A stretch of DNA of 64,000 nucleotides from contig DATKWK010000035.1 of assembly GCA_035529595.1 (NCBI GenBank), forward strand, positions 241,067-305,066, written 5' to 3'. The notes under the pieces were generated by a model. It ran no database searches and had not been told where the DNA came from. It saw only the letters and a program-made list of their open reading frames with translations. How positions within the stretch are numbered: the stretch's first letter is position 1; each line of letters opens with the position of its first letter. Below are positions 27,449 to 37,965 of the stretch, one piece after another. The translations under genes were made by a program, and so were the position numbers. The DNA comes from Candidatus Bathyarchaeia archaeon. Lineage in GTDB: Bacteria; Patescibacteriota; Microgenomatia; PFEM01; JAFGMK01.

Positions 27449-29158
27449 TTATAATTTGCAAGATAATCCAAGACTATTCGGAAAAAGATCAATTACTTCC
27501 CCTTGATTAAGTTTTGACATATCGACACTATAGAGGTTTCTATCTGGAGCCTCTAAAATAATTTTGGGCTCATCTAACTTAGCAAAGTTGAATAATGATC
27601 TACTGCAATATGTCCATGCTATCTTTCCTGTGTTTGGACTAATAGCATAGATCAGTTCCTCGTATGGTATCAAAAGAATATCTTCCGAATTAACCGTTAT
27701 GATATTTTTTAACGATATTGTTGCTGAACTATGGCCTTCTTTCAATTCAATTTCCCAAACAATCTCATTAGTAGTTTTATCAACCGCGTAGACTTTGGAA
27801 AAATCCTTTTTTAAAATTAAATTCTTATATATTGGGTCAGTATTCCCGGTTGGCCACGATTCGTTGATTACTTTATCTTCAATCTTAAAACCATTGGTCC
27901 CATTAATGAGAAGCGATCTAACAAATTTACCATCTTTGGAAACTAATAGTTTTATATTACCGTCAACCAAACTGTAAGCTGGATAAAACATAGAATCAGT
28001 AAAACGCCATTGTTCTTTTCCATCAAGTAGGCTGATCGCCACTAACTTAATATTTTCATTTACACCAGCATTGGTAATCAAAGTTTGATTCGCATCAAAC
28101 AAAATAATATCTCTATCCCCATATTCGACAGGGTAAAACCAGACTTGTTTATTTGCAAAGAGATCTTTTCCGTAAAGACCTTCACCTTGTACTTTGACAA
28201 TCAAAACATCCTTATAATACAGGAAATTCTCGATTTCGTTTCTTTCTTGATTTTCAAATATTTTAGAAAAAGCCTGATGATCTCTTGCTCGTAATTCTTT
28301 TGGTAAATTATAAAAAGCCAAACTACAAATCTGTGAATTTTTACCGTTTATTACTGTACTAGACGCGATCGTACCCTCTCGCTGTCGGCATTGATCGAAT
28401 AGGTCACTATTACTCACTGAATTGTAACTAATTGTACATCTGGGAATCATTATTAATCCTATGCTCTGCCCATAATAATCTTTCGGCTGGAATGAACTTG
28501 AAATAACTTCTCCGTGAGATGATTCGCACTCACCGAAATTAGTTGCGACGGCATAATTACTTGAGAGCGGCTTATCATAAACAATAAAGCACCCCTCACT
28601 ATCGCTTTTCCCACCTTGAGATAAACATTGAGATACTAATAATTCTTCATCATTATTACTGTAAAAAGAGCCAATTTCTATTCTGATGAAACATTTATCA
28701 GGGAAATTGACCGTATCTCTTCCACCCAACGCATCACAAGAAGAAAAATCAGACGGGAAAGAGGCATCGGCATTACGATATGAAATATTACAGAAAGACT
28801 CTGACCCTCCAGGGTCGACATGTATGACTCCTGTTTTCCCATATTTCTTGCATTCTTCATACCATTTGTTTTGCTCATCAATATAAAGTTCACAAATAAG
28901 CTTATTACTTTCTAAACGAGGAATGTTTTTTTGAGTCATACACTCGCTGTAGGAAGAAGGTAAACTATTTAACCGAGCTAACTCTTTCGGTAATCCTGAT
29001 CTAATAAATGCTACCAGTAGCATGAGCAAGAATACCAAAATCCCGAAAACAATAAACTTCAATTTTGGTTTTTTCGATAGAGCCTTTGGAGAAACTAAAA
29101 TTTTACTAGACTGAGGTAAAATTGGAATAGACGGTTTTATTGTCTTAGATAGTTCCAT
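27449..29158 (-). CDS. Membrane-anchored Cys-rich protein with C-terminal PQQ-like beta-propeller repeats
   Basis: N-terminal TM (FIVFGILVFLLMLLVAFI), a Cys-rich middle region, and repeats of the form LYAVDKTTNEIVWEI / IYAISPNTGKIAWTY (PQQ/BamB-like). Confidence 0.4.
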   Translation of the reverse strand: MELSKTIKPSIPILPQSSKILVSPKALSKKPKLKFIVFGILVFLLMLLVAFIRSGLPKELARLNSLPSSYSECMTQKNIPRLESNKLICELYIDEQNKWYEECKKYGKTGVIHVDPGGSESFCNISYRNADASFPSDFSSCDALGGRDTVNFPDKCFIRIEIGSFYSNNDEELLVSQCLSQGGKSDSEGCFIVYDKPLSSNYAVATNFGECESSHGEVISSSFQPKDYYGQSIGLIMIPRCTISYNSVSNSDLFDQCRQREGTIASSTVINGKNSQICSLAFYNLPKELRARDHQAFSKIFENQERNEIENFLYYKDVLIVKVQGEGLYGKDLFANKQVWFYPVEYGDRDIILFDANQTLITNAGVNENIKLVAISLLDGKEQWRFTDSMFYPAYSLVDGNIKLLVSKDGKFVRSLLINGTNGFKIEDKVINESWPTGNTDPIYKNLILKKDFSKVYAVDKTTNEIVWEIELKEGHSSATISLKNIITVNSEDILLIPYEELIYAISPNTGKIAWTYCSRSLFNFAKLDEPKIILEAPDRNLYSVDMSKLNQGEVIDLFPNSLGLSCKL

Positions 29159-29204
29159 CTAAATAGGTAGTAGATATTTGTGGGATAAAAGTCAAAAAAT
29201 GTTA

Positions 29205-29966
29205 TCAACGTAAGTTACCACATCGATCCAGTCTCTTTGTTCCTATTATGATAAATGTCGGAATATAGTGTGAATCTTGCAGTTCTTTTGAATAATCATG
29301 GGCAAATCCATCGCCTTTTGGTTCCTCTATGCGAAATGTAAGTAAACCATATTTTGACATTGTATTGACCAATTCATGCAAGGGTTGGTTATACAGATGA
29401 AGTTTTGTCTTGTTATCACACCAGCAAATACCTTCTCTACTTTCTTTTTTCAGATAACCGGTTACTTTTATAAAAAGCGTCTCTTTCTCATCAATTTTCC
29501 CTAACGTCCATTCTGAATAGGGATGGACAGGCCGGAATGGATGATTCGTTGAAAAAACGAATATCCCGTCTTTTTTTAATACTCGACTTATCCCCCTAAA
29601 GAGCTTATTGATGTCTTTTATGTAATGAATCACCATATTCATTACAACAACATCAAACATCCCTTTTTTGTATTTATCAAACTTGAGAGCATCATGAGCT
29701 GCGTAGGAAATATCTAAACCCTGGCTTCTTTCTTCTGCAATTTCAATTAATTTAGAAGAAATATCTGATGCATATACTTTTGCACCTTTTCTTGAAAGGT
29801 TTCGTGCTATATAGCCATTTCCGCATCCAAGATCATAAATTATTTTTCCTTTTGGATCTCCAATGATTGAATATATCAAAGGGTCTATTTGGGTTCGGTG
29901 ATAATAATCACCTTCATCAGGCATTGCATTTGAATATAACTCAGCGACATTATCATAATCGGCCAT
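29205..29966 (-). CDS. Class I SAM-dependent methyltransferase
   Basis: Motif I IYDLGCGNGYIARNL, then the acidic motif II (VYASDIS) and FDVVVMNMVIHYI. Confidence 0.8.
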   Translation of the reverse strand: MADYDNVAELYSNAMPDEGDYYHRTQIDPLIYSIIGDPKGKIIYDLGCGNGYIARNLSRKGAKVYASDISSKLIEIAEERSQGLDISYAAHDALKFDKYKKGMFDVVVMNMVIHYIKDINKLFRGISRVLKKDGIFVFSTNHPFRPVHPYSEWTLGKIDEKETLFIKVTGYLKKESREGICWCDNKTKLHLYNQPLHELVNTMSKYGLLTFRIEEPKGDGFAHDYSKELQDSHYIPTFIIIGTKRLDRCGNLR

Positions 29967-29977
29967 ATTTTGTTATC

Positions 29978-30010
29978 CTCTCTGTGAGTAGTGATATTTT
30001 TCCATCATTC
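29978..30010 (-). repeat. Partial degenerate copy of the last ~30 nt of secA
   Basis: gtgagtagtgatatttttccat versus secA gtggatagtgacattttttccat. It lies between the secA stop and the methyltransferase start. Confidence 0.4.
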
Positions 30011-30063
30011 AATTACTTCGACTACACTCAGTACTTATAGTCCACTCAGGATCTCAATGTTAA

Positions 30064-32760
30064 TTATACTAGTTGTGGATAGTGACATTTTTTCCATTTC
30101 TTACCTGAGCCGCACCAACAGGGGTCGTTACGGCCGATTTTTTTCTTTCCCGAAATAACCGGTTTAACTGCCGAAGCAGAAGAAGCCGCTTGATTACTGA
30201 ATACGTCAATAGGCTGATCTGGCTTTTGTTGAATCGTCGTCTTACCCCGGCCTTCGATAATTTGCGCGCGAGACCGCGGCTGCTCCAGGGGCGTGATTTG
30301 AACCCGGAAAATCCGCCGGATTATTTCAACATCAATCATTTTCAAAAGTTGTTCAAAAGCTCCGTAGGCTTCTTTTTTATATTCAACCAAAGGATCCGCC
30401 TGAGCATAAGCCCGCAATCCGATACCCTCTCTTAAATCATCCATCGCATCCAAGTGATTTACCCAAAGCCTGTCAAGAGAAGAAAAAACCAGAATTCTTT
30501 CTATTTGTCTCATGTTAGTTTCGCCAAGCCGTTTCTCCCGCGCCTCATAAGCTGAACGCAAAGTTTTAGTCAACAGGTCAACCATCTCGGTGCCGCCTTT
30601 ATCCGCGAGCGCCTTCTTTAATTTCGCCTGAGACTCAGTCTCCAAAGGTAAAATTTCACAAAAGGCGTTGATAATCTGATCAAGTTCAATCTTGTCAAAA
30701 CCCTCCGGAGCATACATCGCCACTAAATCGACCACTTCCTGCTTCATTTTCCCGAGGATTTCTTCTTTAGCGGATTCATTCGATTTATCTAAGGTTTTCC
30801 GGCGCCGCCCATAGATAATTTCCCTTTGTTTATTCATTACGTCGTCGTATTCGACAACTCTCTTTCGAGCATCAAAATGGAAGCTTTCGACTCTTATCTG
30901 AGCCTGTTCAATTGATTTACTGATCATCTTATGTTCAATCGGCTGGTCATCCGGCAGTTTTAAAGCCGTCATTATACGGGCAATTCTCTCACCCCCAAAA
31001 ATCCGCATCAAATCGTCGTCTAAAGCCACATAGAATCGCGAAGATCCCGGATCTCCCTGACGGCCAGAGCGTCCCCTGAGTTGATTATCGATCCGGCGCG
31101 ATTCATGTCGTTCGGTACCGATCACGTGGAGACCACCTGACTTAATAACCTCATCGTGGTCTGCCTGCCATTTTTTGAGTTCTTCCTCACCCGGATTTTC
31201 CGGCTTGGCTCCTCCCAAGACAATATCCACTCCCCGGCCGGCTAAGTTTGTCGCTACGGTAACGGCCCCTTTACGGCCGGCGTCAGCAATGATTAAAGCC
31301 TCTTTCTCGTGATTTTTGGCGTTCAAAACCTGATGAGGGACGCCTTTTTTATCCAGGAATTTATCAATCATTTGGTTTTTTTCAATCGAAGTCGTCCCAA
31401 CCAAGACCGGCTGGCCCTGCCGGTATTTTTCCTCGATTGACTCAACTACCGCCGCATATTTGATCGGCGTTGACTTATAGACCAGATCGGGGTAATTTTT
31501 GCGAATCATCGGCAAATTAGTAGGAATTACCAGAGTCGCCAAGCCGTAAATTTTTTCAAACTCTTCGGCTTCCGTAGCTGCGGTTCCCGTCATACCGGCT
31601 AATTTTGAATACATCCGAAAGTAGTTCTGAAAGGAAACCGTTGCCATTGTTTTTGACTCTTGTTCAATCTTTACTCCCTCTTTTGCCTCTACCGCTTGAT
31701 GCAATCCGTCGCTCCATCGCCGACCAAACATCAACCGGCCGGTAAACTCATCGACGATAATTACCTGCCCGTCTTTAACAACATAATCCCGATCTCTTTT
31801 ATAAAGAGTACGGGCTTTTAAACCATTTTCTACATGATGAATCGTATCAAAATCTTTTTCGTAAAGGTTATCGATTCCCAATCTTTTTTCGACCTTGCGA
31901 AGACCATGCTCGGTCAAACTGGCGGTCTTAAATTTTTCGTCAATCAGATAATCGGTATCAGGAGAAAGGCTAGAAATCAGACGGGCCGCCTGGTAGTATT
32001 TATCAGTCGGTTCCGTATCGGGAGCAGAGATAATCAAGGGAGTCCGTGCTTCATCAATTAAGACAAAGTCTACCTCATCAATAATGGCATAGTGGTGTCC
32101 CCTTTGGGCCATTTGGCCAAGAGAGTAAACCATATTATCCCGAAGATAATCAAAGCCAAACTCATTATTAGTACCATAAGTCACGTCAGCATTATAGGCT
32201 GCTTGTCTTTCCGTTGGCCGGAGATATCTTAACCGCTCGTCAATTTGGTCCTTTTGCGAGTAATCAAGATCAAGTAAAAAAGACTGTTCGTGAATAATAC
32301 AGCCAATTGACAGTCCTAAAAAACGAAGCGCTTTACCATACCAACCGGTATCCCGTCTGGCAAGATAATCATTAACGGTTACAATATGGACGCCTTTCCC
32401 AAGCAAGGCGTTTAAATAAGCAGCAATTGCGGCTGAAAGTGTTTTTCCTTCTCCGGTTTTTTGTTCGGCGATTTTCCCCTGGTGAAGGCAGGTTGCTACC
32501 ATTAACTGGACATCGAAAGCACGCTCGCCGACTACCCGCCTGATTGCTTCACGAGCATAAGCAAAAGCTTCCGGAAGCAAGTCATCCAGAGATTCACCTT
32601 CGGAAAGCCGCTGCCGAAAAGCCGCCGTCTGTGCCGGAAATTCATCATCTTTTAAAGAAGAAACCTCTTTTTCTAAAGAGTTAATCTTGGCAACAATTGG
32701 CTCAAAGCCGCGCAGTTGGCGGGTATTCTGATCAAGAAGCTTTGAAAAAAAACTAATCAT
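30064..32760 (-). CDS. secA: Preprotein translocase ATPase SecA with C-terminal zinc-binding motif
   Basis: 898 aa. Walker A GEGKTL, DEAD-like DEVD, and the C-terminal CWCGSGKKWKKCH. Confidence 0.95.
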   Translation of the reverse strand: MISFFSKLLDQNTRQLRGFEPIVAKINSLEKEVSSLKDDEFPAQTAAFRQRLSEGESLDDLLPEAFAYAREAIRRVVGERAFDVQLMVATCLHQGKIAEQKTGEGKTLSAAIAAYLNALLGKGVHIVTVNDYLARRDTGWYGKALRFLGLSIGCIIHEQSFLLDLDYSQKDQIDERLRYLRPTERQAAYNADVTYGTNNEFGFDYLRDNMVYSLGQMAQRGHHYAIIDEVDFVLIDEARTPLIISAPDTEPTDKYYQAARLISSLSPDTDYLIDEKFKTASLTEHGLRKVEKRLGIDNLYEKDFDTIHHVENGLKARTLYKRDRDYVVKDGQVIIVDEFTGRLMFGRRWSDGLHQAVEAKEGVKIEQESKTMATVSFQNYFRMYSKLAGMTGTAATEAEEFEKIYGLATLVIPTNLPMIRKNYPDLVYKSTPIKYAAVVESIEEKYRQGQPVLVGTTSIEKNQMIDKFLDKKGVPHQVLNAKNHEKEALIIADAGRKGAVTVATNLAGRGVDIVLGGAKPENPGEEELKKWQADHDEVIKSGGLHVIGTERHESRRIDNQLRGRSGRQGDPGSSRFYVALDDDLMRIFGGERIARIMTALKLPDDQPIEHKMISKSIEQAQIRVESFHFDARKRVVEYDDVMNKQREIIYGRRRKTLDKSNESAKEEILGKMKQEVVDLVAMYAPEGFDKIELDQIINAFCEILPLETESQAKLKKALADKGGTEMVDLLTKTLRSAYEAREKRLGETNMRQIERILVFSSLDRLWVNHLDAMDDLREGIGLRAYAQADPLVEYKKEAYGAFEQLLKMIDVEIIRRIFRVQITPLEQPRSRAQIIEGRGKTTIQQKPDQPIDVFSNQAASSASAVKPVISGKKKIGRNDPCWCGSGKKWKKCHYPQLV

Positions 32761-32853
32761 AGATAGATCTTTAATTATACCTAGTCGGAAAAGGTAAAAC
32801 CAGATTCTTTTTTATTATTTGATGTCCAAGAAGATACCAGTCTGTAATAACAG

Positions 32854-33498
32854 TTATTGGTAATTAAAGATCAACTGGTTGCTGCCGACATGAAGCGTTT
32901 TGATTCTGGGAAAAATTCTCTTAAGAGTGGCTACAAATTGATCGACGGTTTTTTTCCCGGCTTCGTCAAGCAAATGATTAAAAACAAGCACCCCGCGCGG
33001 CGTCAGTAATCTTTTAAGTTGAAAAATAAAATCTTCTCTCTCGGCAAAACCCGGTAATTCTTTGCCAAGATAAATATCAACGATTACCAAGTCAAAGTTA
33101 CTGTCTTCGATGCCTTCTTTCCTTTCATTAATCACCTCAAAGGCGTCATTGGTCGCAATCTTTAATCCGGGAAGATTATCCAAGCCAAAATAGGTCCTGG
33201 CGATGACTACTACATGAGAATCGATTTCCACGGCTAAAATCTTTGCCTTGGGCCACCTTTTTTTAAGCAGACGAATAACCGAACCACCGCCTAAGCCAAG
33301 AAGAAGCACATTCGGAACCGGCTCAAACTCAGGAAGAGCTTTGACTCCTTTGTTCCAAATTTCCCGGACAATACCGCCTGATTGCGGAATACCTTGGACA
33401 TAGAGAACATGCCGCCCAAGCTGTTCCTTGACGATAATTTCCCCACTAACCGGAGATATTAGTCGATGAACTACCCTGGCAATTAGGGAGAAACTCAT
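32854..33498 (-). CDS. Spermidine synthase-like (PABS fold) putative methyltransferase/aminopropyltransferase
   Basis: VLLLGLGGGSVIRLL ... ILAVEIDSHVVVIARTYFGL ... DLVIVDIY pattern of the spermine/spermidine synthase family. Confidence 0.45.
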   Translation of the reverse strand: MSFSLIARVVHRLISPVSGEIIVKEQLGRHVLYVQGIPQSGGIVREIWNKGVKALPEFEPVPNVLLLGLGGGSVIRLLKKRWPKAKILAVEIDSHVVVIARTYFGLDNLPGLKIATNDAFEVINERKEGIEDSNFDLVIVDIYLGKELPGFAEREDFIFQLKRLLTPRGVLVFNHLLDEAGKKTVDQFVATLKRIFPRIKTLHVGSNQLIFNYQ

Positions 33499-33501
33499 GC
33501 C

Positions 33502-35328
33502 TTATTGATAATATTTTGCTTGTATCATAAACAGCTTAGCATATTTCCCTTTTAATTTCATCAGTTGTTCATGAGAACCCGCTTCAATGAACCGGCCTTT
33601 TTCCATAACATAAATTTTATCTGCCCGCCTGACAGTAGAAAACCGGTGGGAGATAAGAATTAGAATTCGTTTTTCACCGGTCAATTTCTGGATTTCACCA
33701 AAAATCTTTTCTTCAGCTTGCGGATCAACATTGGAAGTCGGTTCATCTAAAATAATTATCGAAGCCTGTTTCATCAAGGCCCTCGCCAGACCGATTCTCT
33801 GCCATTGACCGGCTGACAGCTCAATCCCCTTCTCAAAGTCACGAACTAACGGATTCTCGTATTTAAGCGGCAGGGAAGAAATAAACTGGTGAATGTCAGT
33901 CTTTTTCGCCCATTCAGCGATCTCCTTCAGATCATTTACTTTATTGATATTGCCAAAGCCGATGGATTCCCGGGCGGTATAAGGAAAATGCTGGAAGTCC
34001 TGAAAAAGAACTGATATTCGCTGGTAAAGACTTTCCTTAGTCAGAGCGGCAATATTGACTCCGTCAAGATAAATATGGCCTTTATTGGACTGGTAAAAAT
34101 GACATATTAGCTTGACCAAGGTCGTTTTACCGGCACCATTTTCACCCACAATAGCAATACTCTCCCCAGGCTTGATCTTTAAATCTATACCCTGAATCGT
34201 CCACGGAGCCGTCTTTTGGTATTTAAAGTAAAGATTTTCAACATTAATTCCTTCTCTAAGTTCCCCTCTGATCTCTTCTTTCCCAAAGGATAGTTTAGGT
34301 TTAAGATTGAGAAACCAGGTTAAATCGCGGACATAAAGATAGTTTTCATAAAACTCAAGAACACTTCTGACTAATTCAGACATACTGGATTGAAACGAGG
34401 TAGTTGCCCGGATATACATCTCGACGCTACCGACGCTGATTTTTTCTATTATTGCCAGAATGACTAAATAAAAGTTAAAGCCAAAAAGAAAAATCGCCAG
34501 AGGAAAACTTGACCAAATTCGCAAAGATTGTCTCTTTCTCCTGATACTAATCCAAGAGTCTAAGACTTGATTTTGGATTTCTCTTAATCTCCCTGTCAGA
34601 TAGTCGGTAATATTTAAAAGCTTAACCTCAAAAAAATTTCTCGCCCTGGTCAGTTGGTTACTAATCCAACCCCAAAGTCGTTGTTTTGGCGAAGACCAGC
34701 TGACAAAATCATATTCTTCTTTAATGAACCTGGCATCAACCAAGAACTGGGGCAGTGAAAGAAAAAAGATCAATAAAGCCACCCAGGGTTTGAAAAAAAC
34801 TAATAGGGAAAAGGCGGAAATCAAACTGCTGAAATTACCCATGATGCCTCCTAGGGGATAGATCAGAGCCCAGGCCCGGCGGGAGCTTTCTCTTTCGATC
34901 TTATCGAACTTATCCTTAAACTTGGAGGTTTCGATCGTTGCCATATCAAGCTCGGTCATCTTTAAACCGATCAGAAGTTCCAGGCGAGCGCTAAAGAGGC
35001 GGGAAAGACTGCTTTCCAGAAACCACAAAATCCGATGGATCGAGCTCTGGAAGAACTGCAAACCCACTCTTAGAGCAACCAAGAGTAATAAGCTGCTGAT
35101 TACTTGCTGCCAAAAGGGATTGCCGATATTCTTGACTACCGCATCAATGATATTCTTTTCAATGATAAAAACCGGTAGAGTGCTTATCCCTAAGAGGAAA
35201 TTGAGAATAAATAGAACCAGAAGATATTTTTTATTTATCTGCCAGACAATTTTACTTACTTTTTTGAAAACAAAAAAAGTCTGCGAAATCCGGGAAGTCA
35301 AAAAATGCCAATAAGTTATAAACTTCAT
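33502..35328 (-). CDS. ABC exporter, fused permease and ATPase
   Basis: N-terminal TM domain, then GENGAGKTTL, LSAGQWQRIGLARAL and ILDEPTS. Confidence 0.85.
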   Translation of the reverse strand: MKFITYWHFLTSRISQTFFVFKKVSKIVWQINKKYLLVLFILNFLLGISTLPVFIIEKNIIDAVVKNIGNPFWQQVISSLLLLVALRVGLQFFQSSIHRILWFLESSLSRLFSARLELLIGLKMTELDMATIETSKFKDKFDKIERESSRRAWALIYPLGGIMGNFSSLISAFSLLVFFKPWVALLIFFLSLPQFLVDARFIKEEYDFVSWSSPKQRLWGWISNQLTRARNFFEVKLLNITDYLTGRLREIQNQVLDSWISIRRKRQSLRIWSSFPLAIFLFGFNFYLVILAIIEKISVGSVEMYIRATTSFQSSMSELVRSVLEFYENYLYVRDLTWFLNLKPKLSFGKEEIRGELREGINVENLYFKYQKTAPWTIQGIDLKIKPGESIAIVGENGAGKTTLVKLICHFYQSNKGHIYLDGVNIAALTKESLYQRISVLFQDFQHFPYTARESIGFGNINKVNDLKEIAEWAKKTDIHQFISSLPLKYENPLVRDFEKGIELSAGQWQRIGLARALMKQASIIILDEPTSNVDPQAEEKIFGEIQKLTGEKRILILISHRFSTVRRADKIYVMEKGRFIEAGSHEQLMKLKGKYAKLFMIQAKYYQ

Positions 35329-35355
35329 TGAAAAAGTAATTACGGCCTGTTATCC

Positions 35356-36747
35356 CTACCGGTTCGGAAGAATTACTTTCTTTCCCGTATATTTTTGAAG
35401 AACCTTAGGAATTGCCACTGAACCGTCTTTTTGCTGATAATTTTCTAAAATCGCCAGTAAAATTCTGGTTGCCACACCGGTATCATTGACTGTATGGCAA
35501 AATTTTTTTGTTCCATCTTTATCTTTATATTTAACATTCATTCTCCGAGCCTGATAATCAGTCGCGTTAGTATCGGTACCTTCTTCAATAAACTCTTGAG
35601 AGGCAGGAAGCCAGGCCTCAAAATCACATTGTTTATAGGAAGCATGGTAACCCATATCGGCCGTTGATTTTAACCACAACCGGTAAGGTAATTCCAAAGA
35701 CTGCAGCAACCATTCGTTAATCCCCAACAAATAATCAAACACTTCCTCAGACTGGTCCGAACGGCACACCACATCCATCTCTACCTTATCAAATTGATGG
35801 TTGCGTTTGATACCGCGGACATCCTTACCCCAAGAACCAACTTCACTGCGAAAACAGCTGGTTTGCGCAAAGACTTTTGCTGGCAGCTCGCCATACTTTA
35901 AAATCTTTCCGCCAAAGTAAGCAAAGAGAGAAGGTTCAGAAGAACCGATCAGGTTAAGTGTTTCTTTCTCTTCAACATTCTCATTGCTGATCCGGTAAAC
36001 TTGGTCCCGCCCTTGAGGAAAATGGCTTGTGCCATAGAGTGGCCAATCTTTTACTAAAAGAGGCACCACCATTGGAGTGAAATTTTCCTTTACCAACTTA
36101 GACTTTAGAAAATCAAAAATAGCATAAAGCAGAATAACAACTTCCCCTTTCAAATATGTAAAGCGGCTACCGGAAACCAGAGCTGCTTGTTTCATATCTA
36201 TTCCTAAAGAATCTCCAAGTAAGTAGTATGGTTTAGGTTTAAAATCTTTTTGAATCGCATGAGGAGGTTTATCAGGCATATATTTCTTTGATATCCAACC
36301 GGTACCCAGCTTGTTTTTTGGCAAATAACCCTCAATGGGAATCCAAGCCTTAATTTCCAGGTTATCTGCTTCACCTTTACCAAGCGGCGTGTCTTCTGAC
36401 GGCAAATTGGGAATTTCATAAAGCAGATTTTTTGACTCTTCTTCCACCGCTTTTAAGTCCGGCTCCAGCCGCCGAAGCATCTCTTTTATCCTTTTTCCTT
36501 CGGTCGCCGAAGCCTTACTAAAGCCGATTTTACTTTTGGTTAACTTATTCCTCTCCTCGCGCCACTTTTGAACCTCAGCAATTAATTGCCGCCGGGTTTC
36601 ATCAACTCTCAAAAACCGATCTACGACCGTAATATCGCAGCCCCTACTTTTAACTGCCTTTTTTACCTTCTCCGGATTATCGCGAATGAACTGAATATCA
36701 AGCATCTTAAACTCCTTAAATTCAACCTTTGAATGGATTTTTCTCAA
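35356..36747 (-). CDS. serS: Seryl-tRNA synthetase
   Basis: N-terminal coiled-coil arm, class II motifs, FRSEVGSWGKDVRGIKRNHQFDKVE. The likely start is the internal MLDIQFIRDNPEK at about 36705. Confidence 0.9.
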   Translation of the reverse strand: MRKIHSKVEFKEFKMLDIQFIRDNPEKVKKAVKSRGCDITVVDRFLRVDETRRQLIAEVQKWREERNKLTKSKIGFSKASATEGKRIKEMLRRLEPDLKAVEEESKNLLYEIPNLPSEDTPLGKGEADNLEIKAWIPIEGYLPKNKLGTGWISKKYMPDKPPHAIQKDFKPKPYYLLGDSLGIDMKQAALVSGSRFTYLKGEVVILLYAIFDFLKSKLVKENFTPMVVPLLVKDWPLYGTSHFPQGRDQVYRISNENVEEKETLNLIGSSEPSLFAYFGGKILKYGELPAKVFAQTSCFRSEVGSWGKDVRGIKRNHQFDKVEMDVVCRSDQSEEVFDYLLGINEWLLQSLELPYRLWLKSTADMGYHASYKQCDFEAWLPASQEFIEEGTDTNATDYQARRMNVKYKDKDGTKKFCHTVNDTGVATRILLAILENYQQKDGSVAIPKVLQKYTGKKVILPNR

Positions 36748-36814
36748 ATGTCAAAAAGGAAAGCCTGTTTAGCGACTGCTTACGGCATAAATTAGCTGAT
36801 TTAATCTTTACCTG

Positions 36815-37381
36815 TTATTGTTTGTCCTCAAGGCACTGGGCTTCGCATTCAGACAGCTTAATTCCATCGTTTGTATATTTCTTTACACAACTCTCAATGC
36901 AGTTCTTACACAAATCAAATTCTTTACTTTTGACTAACTGGCATTTGCCGTCAATTATTTGGCAACTAGCGTAATAACGACAACTATCTCCCATAGCATG
37001 CATCATAGTACAATAGGTAGGAACATTGGGACCGCAAGTAATCTCAAGGCCATGACAATTCTCCATCGCACACTTAACACCAGGATCTCTAGGTCTAGTT
37101 ACGCTTACTCCCTCTGTAATTGTACTGCCGTCAGGCATCCGGCATTGGCGCGGGTAAGATTCTAAAACTGGGTTACCAGCTTTGACACATTCTTCAAAGT
37201 TTTTTATTTTAGCTACCGGTACTGTCGGCTTTATTCCCTCACCGGTTTGTATACTGCCTTTTTTCGCTATCCAAAAAACTCCTGTTGCCACTAACAATCC
37301 TACTAAAATACCAACTATTAAATAAGTGATCTCATTTTTTTTCATTGTTCTCACTCCTTTTAATCTGGCCAAACAATTCAA
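36815..37381 (-). CDS. Membrane-anchored Cys-rich extracytoplasmic protein, hypothetical
   Basis: TM anchor (the likely start is the internal MKKNEITYLIVGIL). About 18 Cys in the C-terminal 120 aa. Confidence 0.35.
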   Translation of the reverse strand: MNCLARLKGVRTMKKNEITYLIVGILVGLLVATGVFWIAKKGSIQTGEGIKPTVPVAKIKNFEECVKAGNPVLESYPRQCRMPDGSTITEGVSVTRPRDPGVKCAMENCHGLEITCGPNVPTYCTMMHAMGDSCRYYASCQIIDGKCQLVKSKEFDLCKNCIESCVKKYTNDGIKLSECEAQCLEDKQ

Positions 37382-37953
37382 AGTCCTAAAGTTTCTGAGA
37401 TTCCCTGCATTGCTACCAGGCCGATTTCCATGAATTCATTTAAAGGAATAGCCAGTTTTTCTTCACAAAGTTTAATATCTTCCCGGCGTGTGCCCCGGGC
37501 AAACGACGGGTCTTTAAACTTTTTCAGAATCGAACTTACCTTGACTGAAGAGAGTTTTTTATCGGGGCGTACTAAAGCCGTAGCCACGATCAAACCGGTT
37601 AATGAGTCGCAAATAAACAAAGACCAGTCCATTAAATTCTTAGGTACCAAGTCCGGGTTTAAATTATAACAGTGGGCAAGAATCGTTTGGTAGACCGATT
37701 CCGGCAAATCAGTTTTCTCTTTTTTTAAAATCTCAACTGACATAATTCCATGTTTCCCATAATCTTTTCCTAAATCCTGTTCATAGTCAATATCGTGCAA
37801 TAAACCGGCTAAAGCCCATTCTTCTTCCTTGTCAGGCTCCAAACGCCGGGCTAAAGTCCGCATGACCGCCTCTGTTGCCAACAGATGTTTAACGGTATTT
37901 TCCGTTTTGATATATTTCCTTAATAAAACTAATGCCTGATCCCGTTTTATCAT
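37378..37953 (-). CDS. HD-domain phosphohydrolase
   Basis: H...H pair (VKHLLATEAVMRTLA) and LAGLLHDIDYE (the HD motif). Confidence 0.55.
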   Translation of the reverse strand: MIKRDQALVLLRKYIKTENTVKHLLATEAVMRTLARRLEPDKEEEWALAGLLHDIDYEQDLGKDYGKHGIMSVEILKKEKTDLPESVYQTILAHCYNLNPDLVPKNLMDWSLFICDSLTGLIVATALVRPDKKLSSVKVSSILKKFKDPSFARGTRREDIKLCEEKLAIPLNEFMEIGLVAMQGISETLGL

Positions 37954-37965
37954 AAAAAATCCTCC

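Noticed and set aside
34922-35314. Plus-strand ORF 34922..35314 (130 aa)
   Set aside because: It lies inside the ABC exporter gene on the opposite strand, and the exporter has unambiguous ABC motifs.
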